The notes under the pieces were generated by a model. The model saw nothing but the letters and a program-made list of their open reading frames with translations. It did no database searches and was not told the DNA's origin. Source: an uncultured Chloroflexia bacterium (GTDB taxonomy: Bacteria > Chloroflexota > Limnocylindria > Limnocylindrales > CSP1-4). Taken from it: DNA of 64,000 nucleotides. Shown here in pieces: positions 8,903 to 17,837 of the stretch; position 1 is the stretch's first letter; every line of letters begins with the position of its first letter. A program made the translations under genes and the position numbers. The stretch is from contig CAVZKO010000007.1 of the NCBI GenBank assembly GCA_963775855.1, positions 481,856 to 545,855 on the forward strand, read 5' to 3'.

Positions 8903-9664
8903 ATGAAGGGCATCGTCCTCGCCGGTGGCACGGCCACCCGGCTCTTTCCGCTCACGATCGTGACGAACAAGCACCTTCTCCCGATCTATGACCGCCCAAT
9001 GATCTATTACCCGATCGAGACGTTGGCCGCGATGGGGATCCGCGAGGTGATGGTCGTGGTCGGCGGCAAGAGCGTCGGGGACGTCGTCGAGCTGCTCGCC
9101 GACGGAGCCCACTTCGGGCTCGATCTGACCTATCGCTACCAGCGTGGCGCCCTGGGGATCGCCCACGCCATCGGGCTCGCCCGCGGCTTCGTCGGCGACG
9201 ACGCCTTCTGCTGCATCCTCGGCGACAACATCCTTCGCGGACCGGACCTGACGGGGATGGCCCGAGAGTTCGAGGAAGGGTCGTGGGGCGCCGGAACCCT
9301 GCTCTATCGAGTGCCGGATCCGGGGCGCTTCGGCGTCGCCGAGCTCGATGCCGCCGGCAACGTCGTCGGGTTCGAGGAGAAGCCCGAGACGCCGAAGAGC
9401 GACCTGATCCCGATCGGCGTGTATTTCCTCCGACCGGAGGCGTTCGACGTCATCGATCATCTCGCCCCGTCGGGCCGCGGCGAGTTCGAGATCACCGATG
9501 TCCTCAACCATTTCATCCCGGCAGGCCGGCTCTTCAGCCGCGTCTACGACGGGCACTGGGCCGACGCCGGGACGGTCCCGTCGCTGCTGCGCGCCGCCGA
9601 GCTGGCCCGAGACGACGACCAGGCGGGCAGGCTAGAACCGCCGATCGAACGGCCAGTCGGGTGA
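8903..9664 (+). CDS. rfbA: Glucose-1-phosphate thymidylyltransferase (short RmlA/RfbA type)
   Basis: ATG 8903. MKGIVLAGGTATRLFPLT (the GGxGTRLxPxT nucleotidyltransferase signature), VGDDAFCCILGDNI and FGVAELD..VVGFEEKP. Confidence 0.85.
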   Translation: MKGIVLAGGTATRLFPLTIVTNKHLLPIYDRPMIYYPIETLAAMGIREVMVVVGGKSVGDVVELLADGAHFGLDLTYRYQRGALGIAHAIGLARGFVGDDAFCCILGDNILRGPDLTGMAREFEEGSWGAGTLLYRVPDPGRFGVAELDAAGNVVGFEEKPETPKSDLIPIGVYFLRPEAFDVIDHLAPSGRGEFEITDVLNHFIPAGRLFSRVYDGHWADAGTVPSLLRAAELARDDDQAGRLEPPIERPVG

Positions 9665-10773
9665 GCGGCCCGGCAGAGCAGGGCGCGATCGGTCCGGAGG
9701 CCAGCCTCCTGGTCACCGGAGGCGCCGGGTTCATCGGCTCATGCTTTGTGCGAGATGTGCTGGCGCGGCGCGATGGCACCCGGATCACCGTCATCGACAA
9801 GCTGACGTATGCCGGCAACAGGTCCAACCTCGCCCCGATCGAAGCCGACCCGGAGCTGGCGGCGCGGCTGCGGTTTGTCCAGGGCGACATCGCCGATCCG
9901 GACTTGGTGGACCCGCTCGTGCGCGACGCCGATGCGGTCGTCAACTTCGCCGCCGAATCTCACGTCGATCGCAGCATCCTCGATCCCGCGGCGTTCCTCC
10001 GGACCGGGGTGATCGGGGTCCATGTCCTGCTCGAGGCCGTGGTCGCGGCGTCGGCGGCGCGCTCGCGGCCCATTCGCTTCCTCCAGGTATCGACGGACGA
10101 GGTCTACGGTTCGGTCGAGAGCGGCCGCTCTCGCGAAACGGACCGGCTCGCGCCACGCTCGCCCTATTCCGCGGCGAAGGCGGCGGGCGAGCTGCTCGTC
10201 GGGAGCTACGTGACGACGCACGGCGTCGATGCGGTCGTCACGCGGGGCTCGAACACGTACGGGCCGTACCACCACCCCGAGAAGCTCATCCCGCTCTTCG
10301 TGACGAATGCAATCGACGACCAGCCGCTGCCGCTTTACGGCGACGGCCTTCAGGAGCGGGACTGGCTCTACGTCGCGGACCATGCAGGTGCGGTCGACCA
10401 CGTCCTCCGCCACGGTCAAAGCGGGGAAACGTACAACATCCCGGGCTCAGCGGAGATGACGAACCGCGACGTCGTGGCCGCCCTCCTCGAACGCCTCGGC
10501 AAGCCTTGGTCGCTGGTCCGGAGCGTCCCGGACCGGCCCGGCCACGATCGGCGCTACGCCCTGGATGGCTCGAAGCTGGCATCGCTGGGCTGGCAGAACC
10601 GGACGGCCTTCGCCGACGGCCTCGCGACGACGATCGACTGGTTCCAGGCGAACGAAGCATGGTGGCGGGCAGCGAAGTCGGGCGACTGGGACGCCTACTA
10701 CGAACGCCAGTACGGATCGCGCCTGGCGCACGGCCAGGCTGTCGCCGAATCCGGCGTCTCGTCGGAGGCCTGA
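9661..10773 (+). CDS. rfbB: dTDP-glucose 4,6-dehydratase
   Basis: GTG 9661 overlaps the upstream TGA. LVTGGAGFIGS Rossmann motif, STDEVYG, the YSAAKAAGE catalytic YxxxK, and RPGHDRRYALD. Confidence 0.9.
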   Translation: MSGPAEQGAIGPEASLLVTGGAGFIGSCFVRDVLARRDGTRITVIDKLTYAGNRSNLAPIEADPELAARLRFVQGDIADPDLVDPLVRDADAVVNFAAESHVDRSILDPAAFLRTGVIGVHVLLEAVVAASAARSRPIRFLQVSTDEVYGSVESGRSRETDRLAPRSPYSAAKAAGELLVGSYVTTHGVDAVVTRGSNTYGPYHHPEKLIPLFVTNAIDDQPLPLYGDGLQERDWLYVADHAGAVDHVLRHGQSGETYNIPGSAEMTNRDVVAALLERLGKPWSLVRSVPDRPGHDRRYALDGSKLASLGWQNRTAFADGLATTIDWFQANEAWWRAAKSGDWDAYYERQYGSRLAHGQAVAESGVSSEA

Positions 10774-10777
10774 CCGG

Positions 10778-11689
10778 GTGCGGGTCGCCGTCACGGGTGC
10801 CGGCGGGCGGCTGGGACGCGCGCTGGTGGCGGCACTCCAGAACGCCCCATTCACCGGGCTCTCCGGGCCGATCACATGGGATCGAACGGCCTTCGACCTC
10901 GACGCTCCGGAGAGCATCAACGCGCTCCTCGATCGCGACCGCCCGGAGGCGGTCATTCATACGGCGGCGTGGACCGACGTCGATGGCTGCGCCCGAGAGC
11001 CCCGGACCGCTCGCCGCCGCAATGCCGAGGCCGTCCACGTGCTCGCCGAGGCGACGGCTGCCCGCGACATCGACCTGGTCCATGTCAGCACCAACGAAGT
11101 CTTCGATGGCCGGCGAACCGATGGACGGGGGTATGCCGCGGACGACCGAACGAACCCGATCAATCCCTACGGATCAACGAAACTCGAAGGCGAGATCGTC
11201 GCCAGCGCCGCCTATCGCGGGCGCAAAGCCCGACTCGGGGTCGTCCGCACGGCCTGGCTGTACGGGCCGCCCGGCAACGACTTCCCGACGAAGATCCTCG
11301 CCGCCGCGGAACGGTCCCGGATTGCCGGCGAACCACTCCAGGTCGTCGGCGACGAGTTCGGCTCGCCAACGTTCACGCAGGACGTTGCCGACGCCGTGGT
11401 CGACCTCCTTGGCTCCGGCGAGGTCGGCGGCTTCCACCACGTCGTGAATGCGGGCGTTGCCTCGCGGGCGGCGTGGGCGCGGGAATTGTTCAGACAGGCC
11501 GGCCTCGACATCGCGATCGTCGAGGTGCCGGCATCGACGTGGTCCCGAGCGTCCACGCCGCCTGCCTGGGGAGTGCTCGAACCTACGCCGCTACCGGGCG
11601 GCGAACCGCTCCGCTCGTGGCCCGAGGCCCTCGCCGACTATCTGCCGACGCTCCTCCGCCAGCGCAATGCGGCGGGAGCCGGCCGATGA
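10778..11689 (+). CDS. rfbD: dTDP-4-dehydrorhamnose reductase
   Basis: GTG 10778. VAVTGAGGRLG, HTAAWTDVDGCE-like segment, STNEVFDG, YGSTKLEGE (YxxxK) and GSPTFTQDVA. Confidence 0.85.
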   Translation: MRVAVTGAGGRLGRALVAALQNAPFTGLSGPITWDRTAFDLDAPESINALLDRDRPEAVIHTAAWTDVDGCAREPRTARRRNAEAVHVLAEATAARDIDLVHVSTNEVFDGRRTDGRGYAADDRTNPINPYGSTKLEGEIVASAAYRGRKARLGVVRTAWLYGPPGNDFPTKILAAAERSRIAGEPLQVVGDEFGSPTFTQDVADAVVDLLGSGEVGGFHHVVNAGVASRAAWARELFRQAGLDIAIVEVPASTWSRASTPPAWGVLEPTPLPGGEPLRSWPEALADYLPTLLRQRNAAGAGR

Positions 11690-12267
11690 CAAATCGCCCC
11701 TCGACGCTCCCTGGGGTGCGATACGGCGCGGTCACCCGCCACGCCGACGGGCGCGGCTCGTTCCGTGAGCTATGGCGCGCGTCCGCCTTCCCGAGCCTGA
11801 CTCCGGGCGAGACGGGCGCGCCCGCAGGATCCGAGCCCCGGTTCGTGCAGGCCAACCTGTCGACGTCGGCTCGCGGGGTTCTGCGCGGACTCCACTATCA
11901 CCGCCGCCAGCTCGACTATTGGGTCGTCGTCTCGGGACGGGCGCTCGTCGCGCTCGTCGATGTCCGTCTCGTGCTTAGCGGGACCGGCGACCGGCCCGTC
12001 GTCGAGACGCGCGAACTCGCGGCCGACGACTGGGTGGTCATCCCGGCCGGCGTGGCTCATGGCTTCCTGGCGCTCGACCCGCTCGAGCTGCTCTACCTCG
12101 TCACGAACGAGTTCGATGAGTCGGACGAGATGGGGTTCGCGTGGGACGATCCAGCCGTCGGGGTTCCGTGGCCGGCCGTCGAGGGCACAGCCGACGGGCG
12201 GCCGATCCTGTCCGAGCGCGACCGGACGAATCCCCCGCTCGAGGTCCTGGTAGCGAGCTTGCGCTAG
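11686..12267 (+). CDS. rfbC: dTDP-4-dehydrorhamnose 3,5-epimerase (cupin)
   Basis: ATG 11686 overlaps the rfbD stop (ATGA). It has DGRGSFRELW, VLRGLHYH and IPAGVAHGF, and completes the four-gene dTDP-L-rhamnose set. Confidence 0.85.
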   Translation: MTNRPSTLPGVRYGAVTRHADGRGSFRELWRASAFPSLTPGETGAPAGSEPRFVQANLSTSARGVLRGLHYHRRQLDYWVVVSGRALVALVDVRLVLSGTGDRPVVETRELAADDWVVIPAGVAHGFLALDPLELLYLVTNEFDESDEMGFAWDDPAVGVPWPAVEGTADGRPILSERDRTNPPLEVLVASLR

Positions 12268-12481
12268 GCGAAACGGACTGAGTGGCGGGGCACCGCCGCA
12301 CCCGGAGGCGCGGTCGCCCCGTGCGCACACCTCTCCACCCGTCCTCCCTCTTCCGCACCGCCGGCGGGCCCGATGGGGCCATTCGTGCCGGGACCATCCC
12401 GCGATTGTTCCGAGCACCGCCGAGCGCGACGCTTGCCCTGCACTCATCCGACCCCCAGGTCGATCCGCTCGGGAGCTCACG

Positions 12482-13417
12482 TTGCGCAAATCCGTTTTCG
12501 CCGTCGTCCTTGCCCTCGTTGCCATGATCGGCGCGTATGGCCCGGTCGCGGCCGCCCAGACCAGCACGGCCAAGGTCGTGATCATCGTCGGGGCCACACA
12601 CGGCGAGACTGCCAAGTACCGCTCGAACGCCGACGAGCTCTACGCCGAGGCGATCCAGCACACGCCGAACGTCACCAAGGTCTACAGCCCCAACGCCACC
12701 TGGTCCGCTGTCAAGGCGGCGACGGCTGGCGCGAACATCGTCATTTACCTCGGTCACGGGAACGGCTGGCCAAGCCCGTACACCTACGACCCGAGCTACA
12801 CGACCAAGGATGGGTTCGGTCTCAACGCGACGGCCGGTAACGGCGACTACAACAACAAGTACTACGGCGAGCCGTCGATTCGCACGCTCGACCTCGCCCC
12901 GAATGCGATCGTGTTCCTGCACCACCTGTGCTACGCGTCGGGCAACTCCGAGCCGGGCGGGGCCGCCCCTTCCCTGAGCGTCGCCCGGCAGCGCGTCGAC
13001 AACTACGGCGCAGCCTTCCTCGCCGCCGGGGCTTCGGCGGTCATCGCCGACGGCCATAGCCACACCGGGTACTACCTGCGAGCGCTGTTCACGACTGGCC
13101 AGCCACTCTCCCAGCTGTGGCGCGCGGCCCCGAACTACCACGGCCACGACATCACGTTCACCCCGAGCCGAAGCACCGGGACGGCCGTCCTCGATCCGGA
13201 CAACGGCGGCGGTAGCCCGTCAGGCTATTACCGCTCGATCGTCGGCAACCTGAGCGTGATGTCCCAGCAGGTCATCGGCGTCAAGCTGCCGCCCGGTGTG
13301 CGCGGAGCTCCGGGCGTGACGATCGTTCCGGATCACGCCAGCGTCGGGGTCGCCGGGCCGACCAGGACGGGTGGCGCGACGACCTCTACGCGCATCTTGA
13401 GGCTCCCCGTCCGCTAG
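12482..13417 (+). CDS. Secreted protein with a caspase/gingipain-like (clan CD-like) His...Cys strand pattern
   Basis: TTG 12482 follows GGGAG. Signal peptide MRKSVFAVVLALVAMIGAYGPVAAAQ. KVVIIVGATHG, then IVIYLGHGNGW (His codon 12755-12757), then AIVFLHHLCYASGN (Cys codon 12929-12931). Each catalytic-type residue follows a hydrophobic strand. The family assignment is my inference, not a database hit. Confidence 0.6.
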   Translation: MRKSVFAVVLALVAMIGAYGPVAAAQTSTAKVVIIVGATHGETAKYRSNADELYAEAIQHTPNVTKVYSPNATWSAVKAATAGANIVIYLGHGNGWPSPYTYDPSYTTKDGFGLNATAGNGDYNNKYYGEPSIRTLDLAPNAIVFLHHLCYASGNSEPGGAAPSLSVARQRVDNYGAAFLAAGASAVIADGHSHTGYYLRALFTTGQPLSQLWRAAPNYHGHDITFTPSRSTGTAVLDPDNGGGSPSGYYRSIVGNLSVMSQQVIGVKLPPGVRGAPGVTIVPDHASVGVAGPTRTGGATTSTRILRLPVR

Positions 13418-13585
13418 CCTCCGGCCTCTGGCCGAACTCCCTGGGCGCCGCGTCGCTGGGCACCGCACTGCACCGGACGCCACCGTACCCCTCCCGACCG
13501 GGACCATCGTCACCGTTGTCCCCGCGAGCGCCGAGGCGTAGGGTGTCCGTCTCGTCGCTCATCGCGAGACCTTTTCGAGGACCAC

Positions 13586-16500
13586 GTGACCCTCCGTCGA
13601 CCCACGCCCCGATCGCCCGGCCGCCCCGTGATTGCCGCCATCGTCCTTGTGGCTCAGCTCTTCCTGACAGGTCCGGCCAGCGCGGTCGCCCCTCCGATCC
13701 AGGCTGCGGTGGTCGACCAGGCCACCGAAACCACGGCGCTCCTGCCGGGCATCCACTACGAGGATGCGCTCGCCCACGCCGACGATCGCACCGATTTCAC
13801 GCCAGGCGGCCGCGTGACGGTCGGCTTCCGGCCGCGCGGCGACGACACGTGGGAGGTCGGGGGACGCGCGCCGCGCGCTCTGCCCGCTGGCTCCGCGTCC
13901 GGACGCGAGATGAGGCCGGCCCAACCTGGCGCCGCATCGGGCGCGCCTGGCGCACCCGCTAGCCCGGCCGCGACTGCGCCTATCGACGCGCCCGCCGTCG
14001 ATCCGTCCGAGATCCCGGCCGCCGATGGGGCGTCTGCGGTGATGCCGGCTACCAGCGGTCAGCTCGAGCTCGACGGAACCCGTCTCCGGCGCCAGGTCAT
14101 GGGCTTCCTCCCGTACTGGGAGGTCAGCGACGCCGTACTCGACTACGAGGTGCTCTCGACGATCGCCTACTTCAGCGTCGGTTCCGACAAGTACGGCAAC
14201 CTCCTCAAGCTGGATCCGGACGGAACCCCGACGACCGGCTGGGGCGGCTGGACGAGCTCGCGCATGACCTCGATCATCAACGCGGCCCACACGAAGGGCA
14301 CCCGTGTCGTTCTGACGATCTCGGTGTTCGCCTGGACGAGCGGTCAGGCCGCGCTCCAGGGCGCGCTCCTCGGCAACCCGGCAGCCCGCCAGAACCTTGC
14401 TGTCCAGGCGGCGGACGCCGTCCGGGCTCGCGGGGCTGACGGGATCAACCTCGACTTCGAGCCAATCGCCTCCGGCTACGCCGACGAGTACACGCTCTTC
14501 GTCCGTGCAGTCCGGGCCGAGCTCGACAAGCGGGCGGCCGGCTACCAGCTGACGTTCGACACAACCGGCTACATCGGCAACTACCCGATCGAGGCCGCTA
14601 CCGCGCCCGGCGGGGCGGACGCGATCTTCATCATGGGCTACGACTACCGGACGGCAAGCTCGGGCTATGCCGGCTCGATCGACCCGCTGTCAGGTCCCGC
14701 GTACGACCTCCAGGACACGGTCAACGCTTACGCGGCCCGAGTGGCGCCCTCGAAGCTGATCCTCGGCGTGCCGTGGTATGGCCGGGCCTGGTCGACCGTC
14801 TCGGACCAGGTCAACTCCAGGACCCAGACCGGATTGAAGTTCGGGGCGTCGAACAGCGTCCTATACGACACGGCCGCCGCCTACGCGAAGCAGTACGGCA
14901 AGCGCTGGGACAGTCGCGAGCAGAGCCCCTGGATCGCCTACCGGCGCCAGAACTGCTCCACGACATACGGCTGTGTCATGACCTGGCGGCAGGTCTACTA
15001 CGACGACGCCGACTCGCTGAAGTTGCGCTACGACATGATCAACCGGATGGGCCTCCGAGGCACCGGGATCTGGGCGCTTGGCTATGACGCCGACCGGCCC
15101 GAGCTGCGCCAGGCCATCGCCGAGAAGTTCCTCAACGACAAGACCTCGCCTCTCGCCGGCGTCCGGGCGCTCGCCCCGAGCCATACGTCCGAGGCGTTCA
15201 CCGTCTCGTGGGTCGGGTCGGACGAGAGCGGCGTTCTCGACTACGACGTCCAGGTGTCGGTCCACGGCGGGCCCTGGCACGACTGGCTCGTCCATACGAA
15301 AGCAACGAGCGCCCCGTACACGGGTGCCGACACCTACGGCTTCGCCTTCCGCGCCCGCGCCCGCGACACGCACGGCAACGTAAGTCCGTGGAACGTCGCG
15401 AGCGTCTATCACCCCCACCTGAGCCTCGCGCCTGGCGGCTTCGGGAAAGTCGTCGCCTCGAGCGTCAACATCCGCTCGGGCGCCGGCACGTCGAAGCCGA
15501 TCGTCACAACCGCCTCCGCCGGCACGATCCTCGCGATCACTGCCGGGCCGGTCAGCGCCGATGGCTATACGTGGTACGAGGTCAGCCTGCCGATCGCCGA
15601 GTGGGCGCCGGTCGCCGGCGTCCGGACAAACGTTTGGGTGGCCACGAGCAGCAGCTCGAGCACGCTCGTCGCGGCAGTCGGGGCGCCGAATTCGACCGTC
15701 GTCGATCTCCCGGCGGGCGTCGCCCCTGCAGCGGGCGCCCGGTTCGTCGGGATCAATCCTGCTCGCCTTCTCGATACGCGCTTCGGGGTGGGGCTGTCCG
15801 GACCCTTCGCGAGCGGCGCCGCACGGACCTTCCCCGTCGCGGGCCGCGGCGGGGTCCCGTCCAACGCCCTGGCCGTCACGGGCACCCTGACGGTCGTCGG
15901 GCAAACGAGCGCCGGCTACATCAGCCTCGGGCCGTCGACCGCGACCGTTGCCCGATCTTCGGTTGTCAATGCGCCGGTCGGCGACGTCCGGGCGTCCGGC
16001 GTCACGGTCAAGCTCGGTTCGGGCGGCTCGCTTGCTGCGCTCTGGAGCGGAGCCGGAGGTTCGAAGGCCGGCCTCATCTTCGACGTCAGCGGCTACTTCG
16101 TCGCGGGGGCGACGGGCTCGACCTACGTCCCGCTGACGCCCGCCCGGATCCTTGACACTCGGACCGGCAGCGGTCTGAGCGGACAGTTCACCTCCGACGC
16201 CCCGCGATCGTTCGCGGTCAGGGGCCGCGGCGGTATCCCCGCCGGCGCCGTGGCGGTGACCGGCAACCTGACCGTCGTCGGGCCCAGCAGCGGCGGCTAC
16301 CTGTATATCGGCCCAGTGGCCGCCTCGACGCCGCCCAGTTCGACCCTCAACGTCCTCAAGGGCGACACCCGCGCCGCATCGGTGACCGTCAAGCTCGACG
16401 GCAGCGGAAGGCTCGGCGTCGTCTGGAAGGGTTCGGTCGGCGCGAAGGCCCACGTGCTGTTCGATGTCACCGGCTACTTCGTCAACAGCTCCGCCGGAGC

Positions 16501-16867
16501 GACGTTCTACCCGCTCGACGCGGCGCGGGTCCTCGACACACGGGTGGGCAACGGCCTCTCCGGTCCCTTCCCGAGAAACGTCGTCCGGACGTTCCAGGCG
16601 ACCGCTCGCGGCACGATCCCGGTGAACGCGGTCGCGCTGACCGGCGGCGCCACCGTCGTCCTGCCATCGACGAGCGGCTGGCTGATCGTTGGCCCGTCCG
16701 GCACGGCGCTGGGCGCCACGTCCACGATCAATCTGCCGAAGGGCGACATCCGGGCAAACGGGCTGACGGTCCGGGTCGGTCCGGGGGGCGGCCTCGGGGC
16801 CGTGTTCCAGGGGCCGTCCGGGGCCTCGGCCGGCGTGATCTTCGACGCAACGGGCTACTTCCGCTGA
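13586..16867 (+). CDS. Large secreted glycoside hydrolase family 18-like protein with FN3-like, SH3b-like and three C-terminal repeat domains
   Basis: GTG 13586. Signal peptide (VIAAIVLVAQLFLTGPASA). The GH18 core runs from VMGFLPYWE to GVPWYGRAW, with the catalytic-region motif DGINLDFE (14438-14461). An FN3-like segment follows (FTVSWVGSDESGVLDYDVQV...FRARARDTHGNVSPW), then an SH3b-like segment (VNIRSGAGTSKPIVTTASAGTILAI...GYTWYEV), then 3 x 127-aa repeats. It is a single uninterrupted 1093-codon frame. Confidence 0.8.
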   Translation: MTLRRPTPRSPGRPVIAAIVLVAQLFLTGPASAVAPPIQAAVVDQATETTALLPGIHYEDALAHADDRTDFTPGGRVTVGFRPRGDDTWEVGGRAPRALPAGSASGREMRPAQPGAASGAPGAPASPAATAPIDAPAVDPSEIPAADGASAVMPATSGQLELDGTRLRRQVMGFLPYWEVSDAVLDYEVLSTIAYFSVGSDKYGNLLKLDPDGTPTTGWGGWTSSRMTSIINAAHTKGTRVVLTISVFAWTSGQAALQGALLGNPAARQNLAVQAADAVRARGADGINLDFEPIASGYADEYTLFVRAVRAELDKRAAGYQLTFDTTGYIGNYPIEAATAPGGADAIFIMGYDYRTASSGYAGSIDPLSGPAYDLQDTVNAYAARVAPSKLILGVPWYGRAWSTVSDQVNSRTQTGLKFGASNSVLYDTAAAYAKQYGKRWDSREQSPWIAYRRQNCSTTYGCVMTWRQVYYDDADSLKLRYDMINRMGLRGTGIWALGYDADRPELRQAIAEKFLNDKTSPLAGVRALAPSHTSEAFTVSWVGSDESGVLDYDVQVSVHGGPWHDWLVHTKATSAPYTGADTYGFAFRARARDTHGNVSPWNVASVYHPHLSLAPGGFGKVVASSVNIRSGAGTSKPIVTTASAGTILAITAGPVSADGYTWYEVSLPIAEWAPVAGVRTNVWVATSSSSSTLVAAVGAPNSTVVDLPAGVAPAAGARFVGINPARLLDTRFGVGLSGPFASGAARTFPVAGRGGVPSNALAVTGTLTVVGQTSAGYISLGPSTATVARSSVVNAPVGDVRASGVTVKLGSGGSLAALWSGAGGSKAGLIFDVSGYFVAGATGSTYVPLTPARILDTRTGSGLSGQFTSDAPRSFAVRGRGGIPAGAVAVTGNLTVVGPSSGGYLYIGPVAASTPPSSTLNVLKGDTRAASVTVKLDGSGRLGVVWKGSVGAKAHVLFDVTGYFVNSSAGATFYPLDAARVLDTRVGNGLSGPFPRNVVRTFQATARGTIPVNAVALTGGATVVLPSTSGWLIVGPSGTALGATSTINLPKGDIRANGLTVRVGPGGGLGAVFQGPSGASAGVIFDATGYFR
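15737..16864 (+). repeat. Three tandem in-frame 381-nt (127-aa) coding repeats at the 3' end of the GH18 gene
   Basis: The conserved (L/I/V)LDTR codons recur at 15770, 16151 and 16532, an exact 381-nt period. Each unit reads ...P.R(L/I/V)LDTR.G.GLSG.F......F...GRGG(V/I)P..A.A(V/L)TG..TVV....G(Y/W)L..GP........S..N...GD.RA..(V/L)TV(K/R)(L/V)...G.L.......G.......FD(V/A)(S/T)GYF. Confidence 0.9.
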
Positions 16868-16931
16868 GCACGCAGAACGGGACGATCGGGCGGGTTTCGC
16901 GGCGAGGGGCCGGGTCTACACTGGCCCGACC

Positions 16932-17837
16932 ATGACGACCGCTCGGCCCAAACGGTCCACAGCCACCATCCCCTCGTCGGCGGTCCTCGGCGCCGGCGTG
17001 TGGGTCATCCTGCCGACCTACAACGAGGCGGAGAACGTCCGGACGATTTCGGCCGCCATCCTGGAAAGCCTGCCCGGAGCGACGCTCCTCGTCGTGGACG
17101 ACGGATCGCCCGACGGCACGGGCCAGATCGCGGACGAGCTCGCAGCCGCCGATCCCCGGATTCGCGTCCGCCACCGGCCCGAAAAGCAGGGGCTTGGGCG
17201 GGCCTACCTCGATGGCTTCGGCGTTGCTCTCGCCGGCGGGGCCGAGGTCGTGATCCAGATGGATGCCGACTGGTCGCACGACCCGGCGGCGCTGCCCTCC
17301 CTCATCGCCCCTATTGCCGCTGGAACGGCCGACCTCGTCATCGGGTCGCGCTACACGAAGGGCGGCGGCGTCGTCGACTGGGGCCTGGGGCGGCGGATCA
17401 TCTCGCGTGGTGGCAGCATCTTCGCCCGAGGCGTCCTGCGCCTCGGCCCGCGTGACCTGACCGGCGGGTTCAAGGCGTGGCGCGCATCGACCCTTGCGGC
17501 GATCCCGTTCGGCGGCATCCACGCCGGCGGCTACGTCTTCCAGATCGAGATGACATTCCGGGCATCGCGCCGTGGGGCACGGGTCGTCGAGACGGCGATC
17601 ACGTTCCGCGACCGGCGCGTGGGGCAATCCAAGATGAGCCGACGGATCGTCGTCGAAGCGCTGGTCGTCGTCGTGACGCTTCGAGCCGAGGAGCTGGCCG
17701 GCCGGCTGCCGGGGCGGCGCAGGGGACCGATTGCCGGCGTCCCCGAACCGGTGGCCGATGCGGCGGGCGACCGCTCCGGTACCGAGATTTCTCGTCCCCC
17801 GGCGCTGGAGACACCGGCGGCCGGCGAGGGCCGGTGA
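16932..17837 (+). CDS. Polyprenol-phosphate mannose synthase-like GT2 (Ppm1/DPM1 type)
   Basis: ATG 16932. VILPTYNEAENV, LVVDDGSPDGTG, QMDADWSHDP and GFKAWR are the pattern of DPM1-like family 2 glycosyltransferases. Confidence 0.8.
   Translation: MTTARPKRSTATIPSSAVLGAGVWVILPTYNEAENVRTISAAILESLPGATLLVVDDGSPDGTGQIADELAAADPRIRVRHRPEKQGLGRAYLDGFGVALAGGAEVVIQMDADWSHDPAALPSLIAPIAAGTADLVIGSRYTKGGGVVDWGLGRRIISRGGSIFARGVLRLGPRDLTGGFKAWRASTLAAIPFGGIHAGGYVFQIEMTFRASRRGARVVETAITFRDRRVGQSKMSRRIVVEALVVVVTLRAEELAGRLPGRRRGPIAGVPEPVADAAGDRSGTEISRPPALETPAAGEGR

Noticed and set aside
16868-16931. Weak hairpin GGGCC...GGCCC after the GH18 gene as a terminator
   Set aside because: It has only a 5-bp stem with an 11-nt loop and no T-tract, which is too weak to call.
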